A stretch of DNA of 64,000 bases from Bacteroidaceae bacterium. GTDB taxonomy: Bacteria; Bacillota; Clostridia; TANB77; CAG-508. The stretch is taken from assembly GCA_963621875.1 (NCBI GenBank), contig CAVFFR010000003.1, positions 405-64,404 on the forward strand, in the 5' to 3' direction. The notes under the pieces were generated by a model. The model did not search any database. It was given only the letters and a program-made list of their open reading frames with translations, and had not been told where the DNA came from. The position numbers and the translations under genes are program-made. Shown piece by piece: positions 49,520 to 58,296 of the stretch (position 1 is the stretch's first letter; every line of letters starts with the position of its first letter).

Positions 49520-50452
49520 ATGGAAGAAAAAATTGAAATTATGAATCTTCTTCAAAGTAAACAGGTTCTTGAACATGAATTACAATCACTTGCATATGGA
49601 TCAGTAGAAATAAGAGAAAATGAATCTAATAAATATATATATGTACATTATAGAGAAGATGGAGTAGCTTTAACAAAATATGTTGGAGAATATTCTGATG
49701 AATTATATAATTTAGTATTAAATAATAGCATTAAAGCAAAACAATTGAAAAAGCAAATAAGAGAGATAATAAAAAAACTAAAACAATTAAATTATACAGA
49801 AGAAGAATTATCAGAAAAAGTAGAACAAAATATAGACTTTGCGAAAAGACATTTAGTAGATACAATATATAAACAAGCTATATTAGAAGGTGTTGCAACT
49901 ACATTTGCAGATACAGAAAGTATTATTGAAGGTGGAAAAGTAAATAATATGACATCTGAAGATATACTAAAAATAGTAAATCTAAAACATGCTTGGGAAT
50001 TTATATTAAATAAAAATGTTATTTTAAGCGATACAAACTTTGCCTTATTATGCGAAATAAATAAAATGGTAGAAGAAGGATTTTATTATACAGCAGGTAA
50101 AGTAAGAAATACACCAGTAACAATAGGTGGAACAACATGGAAACCAGATTTGCCTATTGAAAGTGTAATAAAAGAAGAATTAGAAGAAATTTTTAGTAAG
50201 GAACTGGATGATATAGACAGAGCAATCGAACTTTTATTATACACAATGAAAAAACAAATATTTATTGATGGAAATAAAAGAACAGCTGTAATTTATAGCA
50301 ACCATTATTTAATTTCAAAAGGAAAAGGTATTATAGCGATTCCAGCAGAGCTAACAGAAGAATTTAAGAAATTACTTATTCCATATTATGAGGAAAAAGA
50401 TGAAAAACAAATAAAAAAATTTATTAAGGGAAAATGCTATATGAATATATAA
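49520..50452 (+). CDS. Fic/Doc-family protein with a degenerate active-site motif
   Basis: 310 aa. The Fic-core-like region is ILEGVATTFADTESIIEG...NLKHAWEFI...GKVRNTPVTIGG. The motif position reads QIFIDGNKRTA instead of HxFx(D/E)GN(G/K)R, so the catalytic His is replaced by Gln. Confidence 0.65.
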   Translation: MEEKIEIMNLLQSKQVLEHELQSLAYGSVEIRENESNKYIYVHYREDGVALTKYVGEYSDELYNLVLNNSIKAKQLKKQIREIIKKLKQLNYTEEELSEKVEQNIDFAKRHLVDTIYKQAILEGVATTFADTESIIEGGKVNNMTSEDILKIVNLKHAWEFILNKNVILSDTNFALLCEINKMVEEGFYYTAGKVRNTPVTIGGTTWKPDLPIESVIKEELEEIFSKELDDIDRAIELLLYTMKKQIFIDGNKRTAVIYSNHYLISKGKGIIAIPAELTEEFKKLLIPYYEEKDEKQIKKFIKGKCYMNI

Positions 50453-50488
50453 AAGAAACAGTAAATATAAAATTGAAGGGGTTAAAAT

Positions 50489-51481
50489 ATGGGAGAATAT
50501 AATGGAAGAATAAATGTAACAAAAGATACAATGATATTCGTAGTAAATAGTGTATTTGAAAACAATATTAAAGAAAGCACAACTAAAGAAGATATACTAA
50601 AAATGATGCCAGATATATATGAGAACGCAGATGAAGAGAAAATTATAGAAATGCTACCATATAGAACTTATAAAGATTTAGAAAGGTTAATTGAATATGC
50701 TAAGACAAGCGATGATATAAAAACATTTTTCTTAAAAAGAGAACATCCAGATATAAGATTTTTAGAAGAGGCTATGATTATAGTTTTAAGAGTTAAGTAT
50801 CATGATTATAATTACACATTAAATCCAGGGGTAATAGAAAAATTAAAAGGATTATTTTCAGAAGAAAATAAGAAAATAGCAAAAAGATATGGAGAAATAG
50901 AAGATTTAACTAAATGTATGTTATATGCATATGGGATAGTGGATTTTGAATTTATAAGAAAACAATTAAGTAAGTATATGCATGAAATAATAACTGAAAC
51001 AGAATTAAGAGATATTTATTTTACGAGATTAAACTTAAATACTTTTATAAATGATTACAATATTAGATGGACAAATACTAATGAAATACAACCATTTGTT
51101 ACATACTTAGATGAGGAGGAAGTGCCTATTGACATAGGTCAAATTGCTGAAGAACAAAAAGCAAGAAGAATGAAATATAAACAATTTAGTAAGCAAGAGT
51201 TATTAAAAAGAGAAGAATATCTATATGACGAAAGAGCAAAAAAATTATACAAATTTCTAAAATCTAAAAATGACAATATATATGAATGGACATTTAAGAG
51301 ACTATTAAAAAATAACGAATTAGGAATAGATATTTTAGGCGATTTATCTAATATGTGTATGTTTGAGGATGATAAAGAATTAAAAAAATTTATGAATTTA
51401 TTTACAGATTGGTACAATAATAGTCCTCAATATATGTTAGGTGGATATTCACCAATTGAGTTTAGAAAAATATTTAAATAA
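50489..51481 (+). CDS. Hypothetical protein (330 aa), second gene of the Fic-like operon
   Basis: Uninterrupted ORF with RBS GAAGGGG. No catalytic motif was recognised. The C-terminus is WYNNSPQYMLGGYSPIEF. Confidence 0.6.
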   Translation: MGEYNGRINVTKDTMIFVVNSVFENNIKESTTKEDILKMMPDIYENADEEKIIEMLPYRTYKDLERLIEYAKTSDDIKTFFLKREHPDIRFLEEAMIIVLRVKYHDYNYTLNPGVIEKLKGLFSEENKKIAKRYGEIEDLTKCMLYAYGIVDFEFIRKQLSKYMHEIITETELRDIYFTRLNLNTFINDYNIRWTNTNEIQPFVTYLDEEEVPIDIGQIAEEQKARRMKYKQFSKQELLKREEYLYDERAKKLYKFLKSKNDNIYEWTFKRLLKNNELGIDILGDLSNMCMFEDDKELKKFMNLFTDWYNNSPQYMLGGYSPIEFRKIFK

Positions 51482-51497
51482 AAAAAAGGAGTAGAAT

Positions 51498-51899
51498 ATG
51501 GTAACATTATCTAAAATAATAGAAGGATTAGAAATGGTAGATGATATTGTTGATTGCTATTATAATCTACATAAAGATGAAATCTTTTTATCAAATATAG
51601 GAGAATATGGAGATTTGTCAGAAGATGAAATTGATGAATTATTTGAAGAGTCAATAATACTTCCAACACAATATGAAATAAATGAATATAAAATGATGGA
51701 AGATTTTATAGAAACAATTGATAACTCAGAAATAAGTAATAATTTACAACGACTAATACAAGGTAAAGGAGCTTTTAGAAGATTTAAAGACTATTGTATT
51801 GAAATGGACATAATTCAAGAATGGTATAATTTTAGAGATAAAAGATATAAGGAAATAGCAATTAGTTGGTGTAAACAAAATGAATTAGAATATATGTAA
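51498..51899 (+). CDS. UPF0158-like small protein
   Basis: 133 aa. GKGAFRRFKDYCIEMDIIQEWYNFRDKRY matches the remembered UPF0158 C-terminal signature. The RBS is AAGGAG. Confidence 0.55.
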   Translation: MVTLSKIIEGLEMVDDIVDCYYNLHKDEIFLSNIGEYGDLSEDEIDELFEESIILPTQYEINEYKMMEDFIETIDNSEISNNLQRLIQGKGAFRRFKDYCIEMDIIQEWYNFRDKRYKEIAISWCKQNELEYM

Positions 51900-51903
51900 A
51901 TAT

Positions 51904-51945
51904 AAAAATGTGAAACAAAAACGATATAAAAAAAGTTCCACATTT
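51904..51945 (+). repeat. Third copy of the element-specific TGTGAAAC/GTTTCACA palindrome
   Basis: AAAAATGTGAAAC (51904-51916) pairs with GTTCCACATTT (51935-51945). It has one mismatch and an 18-nt spacer, and lies immediately after the UPF0158 stop. Confidence 0.6.
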
Positions 51946-51948
51946 GAG

Positions 51949-51987
51949 ATAAGCCTTAAGAGTGAAAGCTTAGGGCTTATTTTTTTG
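51949..51987 (+). terminator. Terminator of the Fic-like operon
   Basis: ATAAGCCTTAAG (51949-51960) pairs with CTTAGGGCTTAT (51969-51980), followed by a T7 run. Confidence 0.8.
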
Positions 51988-52068
51988 CCCTAAATTTATA
52001 TTAAAAACAAATAAAAAAGCATAGAAATCGATTGTGAAGCTAATTAAAAACAAAGGAAGGAGAGTTAT

Positions 52069-52599
52069 ATGAGCAAACAAAAATTAAAGGGATTATGGAT
52101 TCCAGCAGAAATTTTATTAAACAATGAATTATCAGACAAAGAAAAAATAGTATTATCAATGGTTTTATATTTAAGTGATGCTACAGAGAGTTGCTTTGCA
52201 AGTAATAAATATATAGCAAGTATTGTAAATGTAACCTCCGATAGAGTTTCAAAAATAGTAAGTTCATTAAAAGAAAAAGGATATGTAGATGTTAATCTAA
52301 AATATAAAATAGATACCAAAGAAATTGAGGAAAGACAGATTATACCTATTACAGAAAGTATTAATAGGTATAGTGAAAAATACCTAGAGGATATAGGTAA
52401 AAATAACTATTCAGGTAGTCAAAAAGAACCACACCCTATAGGTGAAAACGACAAAGATATAATAAATAATATAAAAAATAAAAATAATTGTAATAAGGAA
52501 TTACAAATTAAAAAGAGTAATAAAGCTAACTTTGAACAGCGTGATTATACTGGCTTTGACTTTACTAAATTATATGCAAATGCAGATGCTTTTTTATAG
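52069..52599 (+). CDS. Winged-helix/HTH DNA-binding protein (replication-initiator or regulator-like) of the element
   Basis: 176 aa. LSDKEKIVLSMVLYL....CFASNKYIASIVNVTSDRVSKIVSSLKEKGYV is a typical HTH seen in plasmid/ICE Rep-like or DnaD-like N-termini. Confidence 0.55.
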   Translation: MSKQKLKGLWIPAEILLNNELSDKEKIVLSMVLYLSDATESCFASNKYIASIVNVTSDRVSKIVSSLKEKGYVDVNLKYKIDTKEIEERQIIPITESINRYSEKYLEDIGKNNYSGSQKEPHPIGENDKDIINNIKNKNNCNKELQIKKSNKANFEQRDYTGFDFTKLYANADAFL

Positions 52600-52620
52600 T
52601 TACAAACATTTGCATATATA

Positions 52621-52665
52621 AAATCAGCTACTAGAGTATAAAACTACTTTGGAGCTGATTTTTTA
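52621..52665 (+). terminator. Terminator after the HTH gene
   Basis: AAATCAGCT (52621-52629) pairs with AGCTGATTT (52653-52661), followed by a T-run. Confidence 0.6.
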
Positions 52666-52732
52666 TCCTAAAATTGCAATAAAGTAACTTTAGGATAAAT
52701 CAAAAAAATATTAAGAAATATTTTTTTGAAAA

Positions 52733-52815
52733 TGGGGTGTGGGGAAAAATTTTTCCCTGCCACAACTAACACTTTTTGCGATTAGCATAAAAAAGTGTTG
52801 TAGTTGTGTTACAAG
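52733..52815 (+). other. Candidate oriT (nested inverted repeats plus GTGTTA) upstream of the MobV relaxase
   Basis: A 16-bp perfect palindrome GGGAAAAATTTTTCCC lies at 52742-52757. A second IR pairs CACAACTAACACTTTTT (52761-52777) with AAAAAGTGTTGTAGTTGTG (52790-52808), with a 2-nt bulge. It ends in GTTGTG-TTAC, which resembles the pMV158 nick region GTGTG/TTA as I recall it. Confidence 0.45.
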
Positions 52816-52903
52816 ACAAAAGAGAAAAGTAAAATTTTAGGAATAATGTGTCTTATTAGTAAGCCTGTCAAAGAAGAATTTATATAAAGAAGGATGATTA
52901 AAA

Positions 52904-54151
52904 ATGAGTTATGCAATTATTAGAAACACAAAATACAAAAGAGAAAATTTAAAAGGAATATTTAGACATAATGAAAGAAAAAATAAAAATTATTCGAATG
53001 AAAATATAGACAAAGAAAAATCATATTTAAACTATTCGTTAAAATCTCCACAATATAGTTATGAAAAAGAATTTGATAAAATAAGAGAAAAATATAATTT
53101 AAAAGGACAAATTAAAACAGTAAGTAATATAGCTTGTGAATATATAATAACATCAGATCATGATTATTTTGAAAGAATAGGAGAAGAAGAAACAAAGAGA
53201 TTTTTTGAAACTGCATATAGATTTGTATCTGAATACAAAGACTTAGGAGAACAATATATAATGTCTGCAAAAGTGCATATGGATGAACAAACACCTCATA
53301 TGCATTTAGTATTTTTACCAGTAGTCCATACAACAGATAAAAAAGGAAATTCTATTGAAAAATTAGCTTGTAGTGAATTTTGGAAAGCAAAAGATAGTTA
53401 CAGACAATTACAAAATGGTTTTTACGAGTATATGGTAGAAAATGGGTTTGATTTGCAAAGAGGCTTGCCAAAGGAAGAAACTAATAGAGAACATTATTCT
53501 GTTGAAGAATATAAGAAGATAACTAATTTTAAACAAACAAAAGAAATATTACAAAACATAAAATTAGAATTACCAGAAGTTCCAGATTTAAAAGATATAA
53601 AAAAGGTTATGATAGGTAGAGATGAAAAGATTTTAAATGATATCATAAAACCTAAAGATAAACTTATTGAAGAATTGTATCAAGATAATGTAACATTGCA
53701 TAAAGAATTATCAAAACAAGCTAAAACTATTGAAGAAGCAGAAAAATATCAAAATGAAAGAGATAAAATAATTGCTGATAACAAAGAACTAAACAATACA
53801 GTTAAGATTTTAGAAAAAGAATATAAGAAAAAGAGTGATACGCTTGATGTAAGATTCAATAATAGAAAAGATGAGCTTGAAAAAGAATTTAAATATAAAA
53901 CATATGATATAGAAAATCAATATAAAAGTAAAATTCGTAAATTAGAAAAAGAGAATAACTATTTGAATAAAATAATAAATAAATTTTGGGAAATTCTTGA
54001 TAAATTTATACATTGCATTTGTAGAAAATTTGATATTGCTGAAGAAGATAATTTGATTAGAGATTTTCAAGAAGAAACAAATACTTTTATAGATACAGAA
54101 AAACAGATAAAACACGAAGAAATAGAAAGGGAATGGGATTTGGAAATGTAA
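52904..54151 (+). CDS. mob: MobV-family relaxase (Pre/Mob plasmid recombination enzyme)
   Basis: The N-terminus is MSYAIIRNTKYKRENLKGIFRHNERK and the HxDExTPHxH motif is HMDEQTPHMHLVF. A coiled-coil C-terminal half follows. Confidence 0.85.
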   Translation: MSYAIIRNTKYKRENLKGIFRHNERKNKNYSNENIDKEKSYLNYSLKSPQYSYEKEFDKIREKYNLKGQIKTVSNIACEYIITSDHDYFERIGEEETKRFFETAYRFVSEYKDLGEQYIMSAKVHMDEQTPHMHLVFLPVVHTTDKKGNSIEKLACSEFWKAKDSYRQLQNGFYEYMVENGFDLQRGLPKEETNREHYSVEEYKKITNFKQTKEILQNIKLELPEVPDLKDIKKVMIGRDEKILNDIIKPKDKLIEELYQDNVTLHKELSKQAKTIEEAEKYQNERDKIIADNKELNNTVKILEKEYKKKSDTLDVRFNNRKDELEKEFKYKTYDIENQYKSKIRKLEKENNYLNKIINKFWEILDKFIHCICRKFDIAEEDNLIRDFQEETNTFIDTEKQIKHEEIEREWDLEM

Positions 54152-54227
54152 GAAAAAATATTGCAAAAAAAAATCAAATATGCAATAATAAAATAGAAAA
54201 ATTGTATAATAAAAAGGATTCTTATTA

Positions 54228-56375
54228 ATGGAAAAAATTACATTAGATGAACAAAATAAGAGAAGAATACAAAAGTTTATAAGACAAGAAATTGGTTTTT
54301 ATGGCTATGAGAAGGATATAGAACTATTAGAACAAACTGGAGAATTAACAGAAGAATTAGCTAGAAAAGTTTTTACAGAGATCATGAATGATGCACATAG
54401 AACTAGAACTATGCTAGAGCCAGAAGAAGATAGTGAATTTAAAGAAGAAATTGAAGAGGCATTTGCTAGATATGATAAAATTCCTAAACCAGAACATTTA
54501 GAAGAATATGGATTTTATGATGGTGTATATAATAATATGGAATTAGAAGATATATATTCTAATATGCAAATTGCATTTGAATTAAGGGAATTAGACAACA
54601 AGTATTATGGATGTAGGGATTTAAGAAATATTGCAGATACAGTAATAAATTCTATTGATGGAATAGAAAAATATCAAATTGAATTGCAACCAGAGGCAAA
54701 AGAAGAATTACAAAGAATACAGGAAGAACTGAGAACTTTATTAAGTGCAGAAAAAACTGATATTCAAGGTATTCAAGAAAGAATAGAATTATATAATGGA
54801 CATGCTACAAATATATGGAATGATTATTTGACAGATATAAATGATGAACAAAATAATCAATATAGGTGGGTTATTCATAACTTAACAAAAGGAGAATTAG
54901 AGGGCAATTTTAGAAACAAATATATGTCTACATCACTTATGACTAATAATGTAATGGGAAGATATGGCAACTCTGATTATGGACTAATAATACAACCAAA
55001 GCATATTGTCTGTGCAAGTTATAGAGATACATATACACTTAATACAAGAGATGATGAAGAAAATCTATTTAATATTAGACCACCTCTTATGTTACCACAA
55101 GAAATAGAAGATATTTGCATACAGCAAACTATTGAAGAAAATGGGGAAATGTTAAATTATGAAACAATACCTATTTATTCAGAGCTTGTTGCAGATGAAT
55201 TTGAAATTGAAGGAGTTTATTACATAAGTTATGGAGAACATGAACTTGCAAGAGATTATGAAAGGGCAAAAAAGGTAGCAGATGAAAGAGGTTTACCTTT
55301 AATAGAAAGAGATATTAGTAAATATAGAGCAGAACATGGACTTGAGCCAATGACAGACAAAGCAAAAATGAATTTGTGCAGAAATATATTGTGGAAATGC
55401 TGTGCAGGAGATAGAGAATTAGAACAAGCATACAGCCAATTTGCTAATGGATTTATCAAAAGTAATTTTAAAGATTTTTATGAAAAGTTTATGCAATTAA
55501 AGGAAAATCCAGAATTTTCTAAAGAAGATATATTGAGAGCTTTTGCAGATGTTACAAGAGGAGTTATAGACTTTGGAAAAATATCACAAAACATAGATAA
55601 AATGTATTTAAGTGAAGAACAAAAAGAAATCATACAAGCTATGCAGGAATATGGATTAACAGATATAAAAGATGTGCAAACTTTACAACAAAGATTAGAA
55701 AAATGTATTTCAGATGGCATATTTTATAGTGCAGACCAACAAAATCCAGAAAAAATGAAAAGATTTGAAACTATAAAAAAAGCTATACCACAATATGAGG
55801 AACTAAAAACAGTATATTTACAATTAAGACAAGCAGGATTAGAAGATGAATTATATAAAGGTGTTGATTTAAATAATATAAGTTATTCAGAATTATTAGA
55901 AAGAGCAACAAAAATATTGGGAGAAAAAGAAAATGCAGAAGAAGTGCAACCAGATATAATTGATGAAAGTGCAATAGCAACAGCAGATGAAGAAAGTATT
56001 ATACAACCATCTGAAGAAACAAGAACAGAAGTGCAAGAGGTAGCAGATATTAGTGGTTTTAGAATAAATGAATTTGGAGAAATTATAAGAGAAAATAGTA
56101 CAGGGGAAAGTGTAATACAAAATTCATATATTGGTGCTGATATAACACCAAACAAAGCAACAAGTAAACAACTTGCACAAAAACAACCAATTAAAGAAAC
56201 ACAAACAACAAATATTTGGAAAAGTAGATTTCAAAATTGGTATGGTGCAATAGATAGAGTTTCACAAAATTCAAAAGGTAAATTTTTAAAAATGAAAGCA
56301 GATATAGTAAAAGCAATTAGTGATAAAATGAAATCAAGAGATAAAAATATCGATAATCAAGAAAGGGATATTTAA
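54228..56375 (+). CDS. Large hypothetical element protein (715 aa) with a C-terminal module shared with the next gene
   Basis: Uninterrupted ORF. The central segment is QYRWV...KYMSTSLM...DDEENLF. The C-terminus is NIWKSRFQNWYGAIDRVSQNSKGKFLKMKADIVKAISDKMK. Confidence 0.65.
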   Translation: MEKITLDEQNKRRIQKFIRQEIGFYGYEKDIELLEQTGELTEELARKVFTEIMNDAHRTRTMLEPEEDSEFKEEIEEAFARYDKIPKPEHLEEYGFYDGVYNNMELEDIYSNMQIAFELRELDNKYYGCRDLRNIADTVINSIDGIEKYQIELQPEAKEELQRIQEELRTLLSAEKTDIQGIQERIELYNGHATNIWNDYLTDINDEQNNQYRWVIHNLTKGELEGNFRNKYMSTSLMTNNVMGRYGNSDYGLIIQPKHIVCASYRDTYTLNTRDDEENLFNIRPPLMLPQEIEDICIQQTIEENGEMLNYETIPIYSELVADEFEIEGVYYISYGEHELARDYERAKKVADERGLPLIERDISKYRAEHGLEPMTDKAKMNLCRNILWKCCAGDRELEQAYSQFANGFIKSNFKDFYEKFMQLKENPEFSKEDILRAFADVTRGVIDFGKISQNIDKMYLSEEQKEIIQAMQEYGLTDIKDVQTLQQRLEKCISDGIFYSADQQNPEKMKRFETIKKAIPQYEELKTVYLQLRQAGLEDELYKGVDLNNISYSELLERATKILGEKENAEEVQPDIIDESAIATADEESIIQPSEETRTEVQEVADISGFRINEFGEIIRENSTGESVIQNSYIGADITPNKATSKQLAQKQPIKETQTTNIWKSRFQNWYGAIDRVSQNSKGKFLKMKADIVKAISDKMKSRDKNIDNQERDI

Positions 56376-56397
56376 TTATATAAATTGGAGAAAATAT

Positions 56398-58287
56398 ATG
56401 AAAAGTAAAGAAGAAATTGAAAAGTATTTGGGATTTAAAATTGTATCTAGCAATGAGGAACAAGTTAGAGATAGTAGTTTTGCTATGTCGCCTGATTTGG
56501 ATCGTTATGTATCCAAATACCAACAATATTATACAGTAACTGTTAAAGTCTTATCAAAAGAAAGTGAAAAAGCTTTAACAGACTTATTAAAAGAATCAAT
56601 GACAAAAGGCGATTTAGAAACTGCATCAACTTGCCATTCAATATTGATGAAAGAATCATCTTATTATAAAGCACATCCTAATGCTATCGGACTTAATTTT
56701 AAACAGGGTGCAATATTGAGTGAATATGAAAAACAACAAAAAGCGATAGAAGAGGAACAAGCGAGAATAAAAGCTGAACAAGAGGCAAAAGCAAGAGAGG
56801 AAGAACAAGCGAGAATAAAAGCTGAACAAGAGGCAAAAGCAAGAGAGGAAGAACAAGCGAGAATAAAAGCTGAACAAGAGGCAAAAGCAAGAGAGGAAGA
56901 ACAAGCGAGAATAAAAGCTGAACAAGAGGCAAAAGCAAGAGAGGAAGAACAAGCGAGAATAAAAGCTGAACAAGAGGCAAAAGCAAGAGAGGAAGAACAA
57001 GCAAGATTAAAAGCTGAACAAGAGGCAAAAGCAAGAGAGGAAGAACAAGCAAGATTAAAAGCTGAACAAGAGGCAAAAGCAAGAGAGGAAGAACAAGCAA
57101 GATTAAAAGCTGAACAAGAGGCAAAAGCAAGAGAGGAAGAACAAGCAAGATTAAAAGCTGAACAAGAGGCAAAAGCAAGAGAGGAAGAACAAGCAAGATT
57201 AAAAGCTGAACAAGAGGCGAAAGCAAGAGAGGAAGAACAAGCAAGATTAAAGGCTGAACAAGAGGCGAAAGCAAGAGAGGAAGAACAAGCAAGATTAAAG
57301 GCTGAACAAGAGGCGAAAGCAAGAGAGGAAGAACAAGCAAGATTAAAGGCTGAACAAGAGGCGAAAGCAAGAGAGGAAGAACAAGCAAGATTAAAAGCTG
57401 AACAAGAAGAAAAAGAAAGACAAGCTTCAATAGATAAAGATATTGCAGAATATCAACAATATGAAGAATTGATCAGCAGAAGACCAGAATTAGATAAGCT
57501 ATTAGAAGAATTAAAATATGAAGAGTTTTCCGTTGCAGTGAACGGACATATATCTGAAAGATTTGGAGAACTATTAAATGATTTGAAGAAACTACCACAA
57601 AACGAAAGAGAAATTATATTACAACAATATAATAGATTTGCTGATATACCAATAAACGAACAAGGCGATATTATTAGAGATGGAGTTGTGCAGACAGCAT
57701 CAGAGCCAAAAGTAAAAGATAGTGAACAGGAAAGCAAAGGTACAGAGCAAGATATAATAGAAACAATAAAAAACGATTCAAACGTGGTAGAAGAAACAAC
57801 AGGTACAAGTATTGATAGTGCAGATATAATGGAGGCACAAGAAAAAACAAGAGAAGAAATTGATAGACAATTAAGAGAACACGAGGAATATATGGCAAGT
57901 GTAGAGCCACAAATAAAAGCAAGAGTGGATAGGACAATGGAAGAATACTGGCAAAGTTGGGGAAGTTCGGAAGTTACAGCAAGTAAACAATATGAGGAAC
58001 AACAGCCAGGAAAGATAAGACCACGAGAGAAAAGTTTGAAAGATGAAGTTGGAGATGAATTTAGAACAACAGAGCAACAGATGCAAAAACAAGACAATCC
58101 ATCAGTAGATTTTTGGATGAATAGATTTAATGGATGGTATAGTGCAATAGATAGAGTTTCACAAACTGTAAAAAATAAATTTGTGAAAATGAAATCTGAT
58201 ATAATAAAGACTATAAGTGAAAAATTAAAAGAAAGAAATAATCACAGACAATTTTATACACAAGAACAAGATACGAATGAAAGGTAG
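56398..58287 (+). CDS. Hypothetical element protein (629 aa) with a 14-unit ER/K-type repeat rod
   Basis: The RBS is TGGAGAAAA. The repeat unit is EEEQAR(I/L)KAEQEAKAR. The C-terminus is DFWMNRFNGWYSAIDRVSQTVKNKFVKMKSDIIKTISEKLK. Confidence 0.7.
   Translation: MKSKEEIEKYLGFKIVSSNEEQVRDSSFAMSPDLDRYVSKYQQYYTVTVKVLSKESEKALTDLLKESMTKGDLETASTCHSILMKESSYYKAHPNAIGLNFKQGAILSEYEKQQKAIEEEQARIKAEQEAKAREEEQARIKAEQEAKAREEEQARIKAEQEAKAREEEQARIKAEQEAKAREEEQARIKAEQEAKAREEEQARLKAEQEAKAREEEQARLKAEQEAKAREEEQARLKAEQEAKAREEEQARLKAEQEAKAREEEQARLKAEQEAKAREEEQARLKAEQEAKAREEEQARLKAEQEAKAREEEQARLKAEQEAKAREEEQARLKAEQEEKERQASIDKDIAEYQQYEELISRRPELDKLLEELKYEEFSVAVNGHISERFGELLNDLKKLPQNEREIILQQYNRFADIPINEQGDIIRDGVVQTASEPKVKDSEQESKGTEQDIIETIKNDSNVVEETTGTSIDSADIMEAQEKTREEIDRQLREHEEYMASVEPQIKARVDRTMEEYWQSWGSSEVTASKQYEEQQPGKIRPREKSLKDEVGDEFRTTEQQMQKQDNPSVDFWMNRFNGWYSAIDRVSQTVKNKFVKMKSDIIKTISEKLKERNNHRQFYTQEQDTNER
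56743..57432 (+). repeat. In-frame 48-bp tandem repeat array (5+4+1+3 near-identical units plus degenerate ends)
   Basis: Units start at 56761 and recur every 48 nt. There are 5 x GCGAGAATAAAAGCT...GCAAAA, 4 x GCAAGATTAAAAGCT...GCAAAA, 1 x ...GCGAAA and 3 x GCAAGATTAAAGGCT...GCGAAA. The last unit (57385-57432) is degenerate. Confidence 0.95.
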
Positions 58288-58296
58288 GTAATTCAT

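Noticed and set aside
56656-57430. Two long minus-strand ORFs (114 and 243 aa) with periodic Leu/Phe-rich sequence.
   Set aside because: They are simply the antisense reading of the 48-bp tandem repeat. The periodicity comes from the repeat, and the sense frame is continuous with flanking unique coding sequence.
56743-57432. Regular direct repeats that could be mistaken for a CRISPR array.
   Set aside because: The units are contiguous with no spacers. They are 48 nt long with no dyad symmetry and lie in-frame inside a 629-aa ORF. No cas genes are present.
57453-58097. 214-aa minus-strand ORF in the 3' half of the repeat-protein gene.
   Set aside because: It is antisense to a continuous + strand ORF and has a Ser/Cys/Leu-rich composition typical of antisense artefacts in this purine-skewed sequence.
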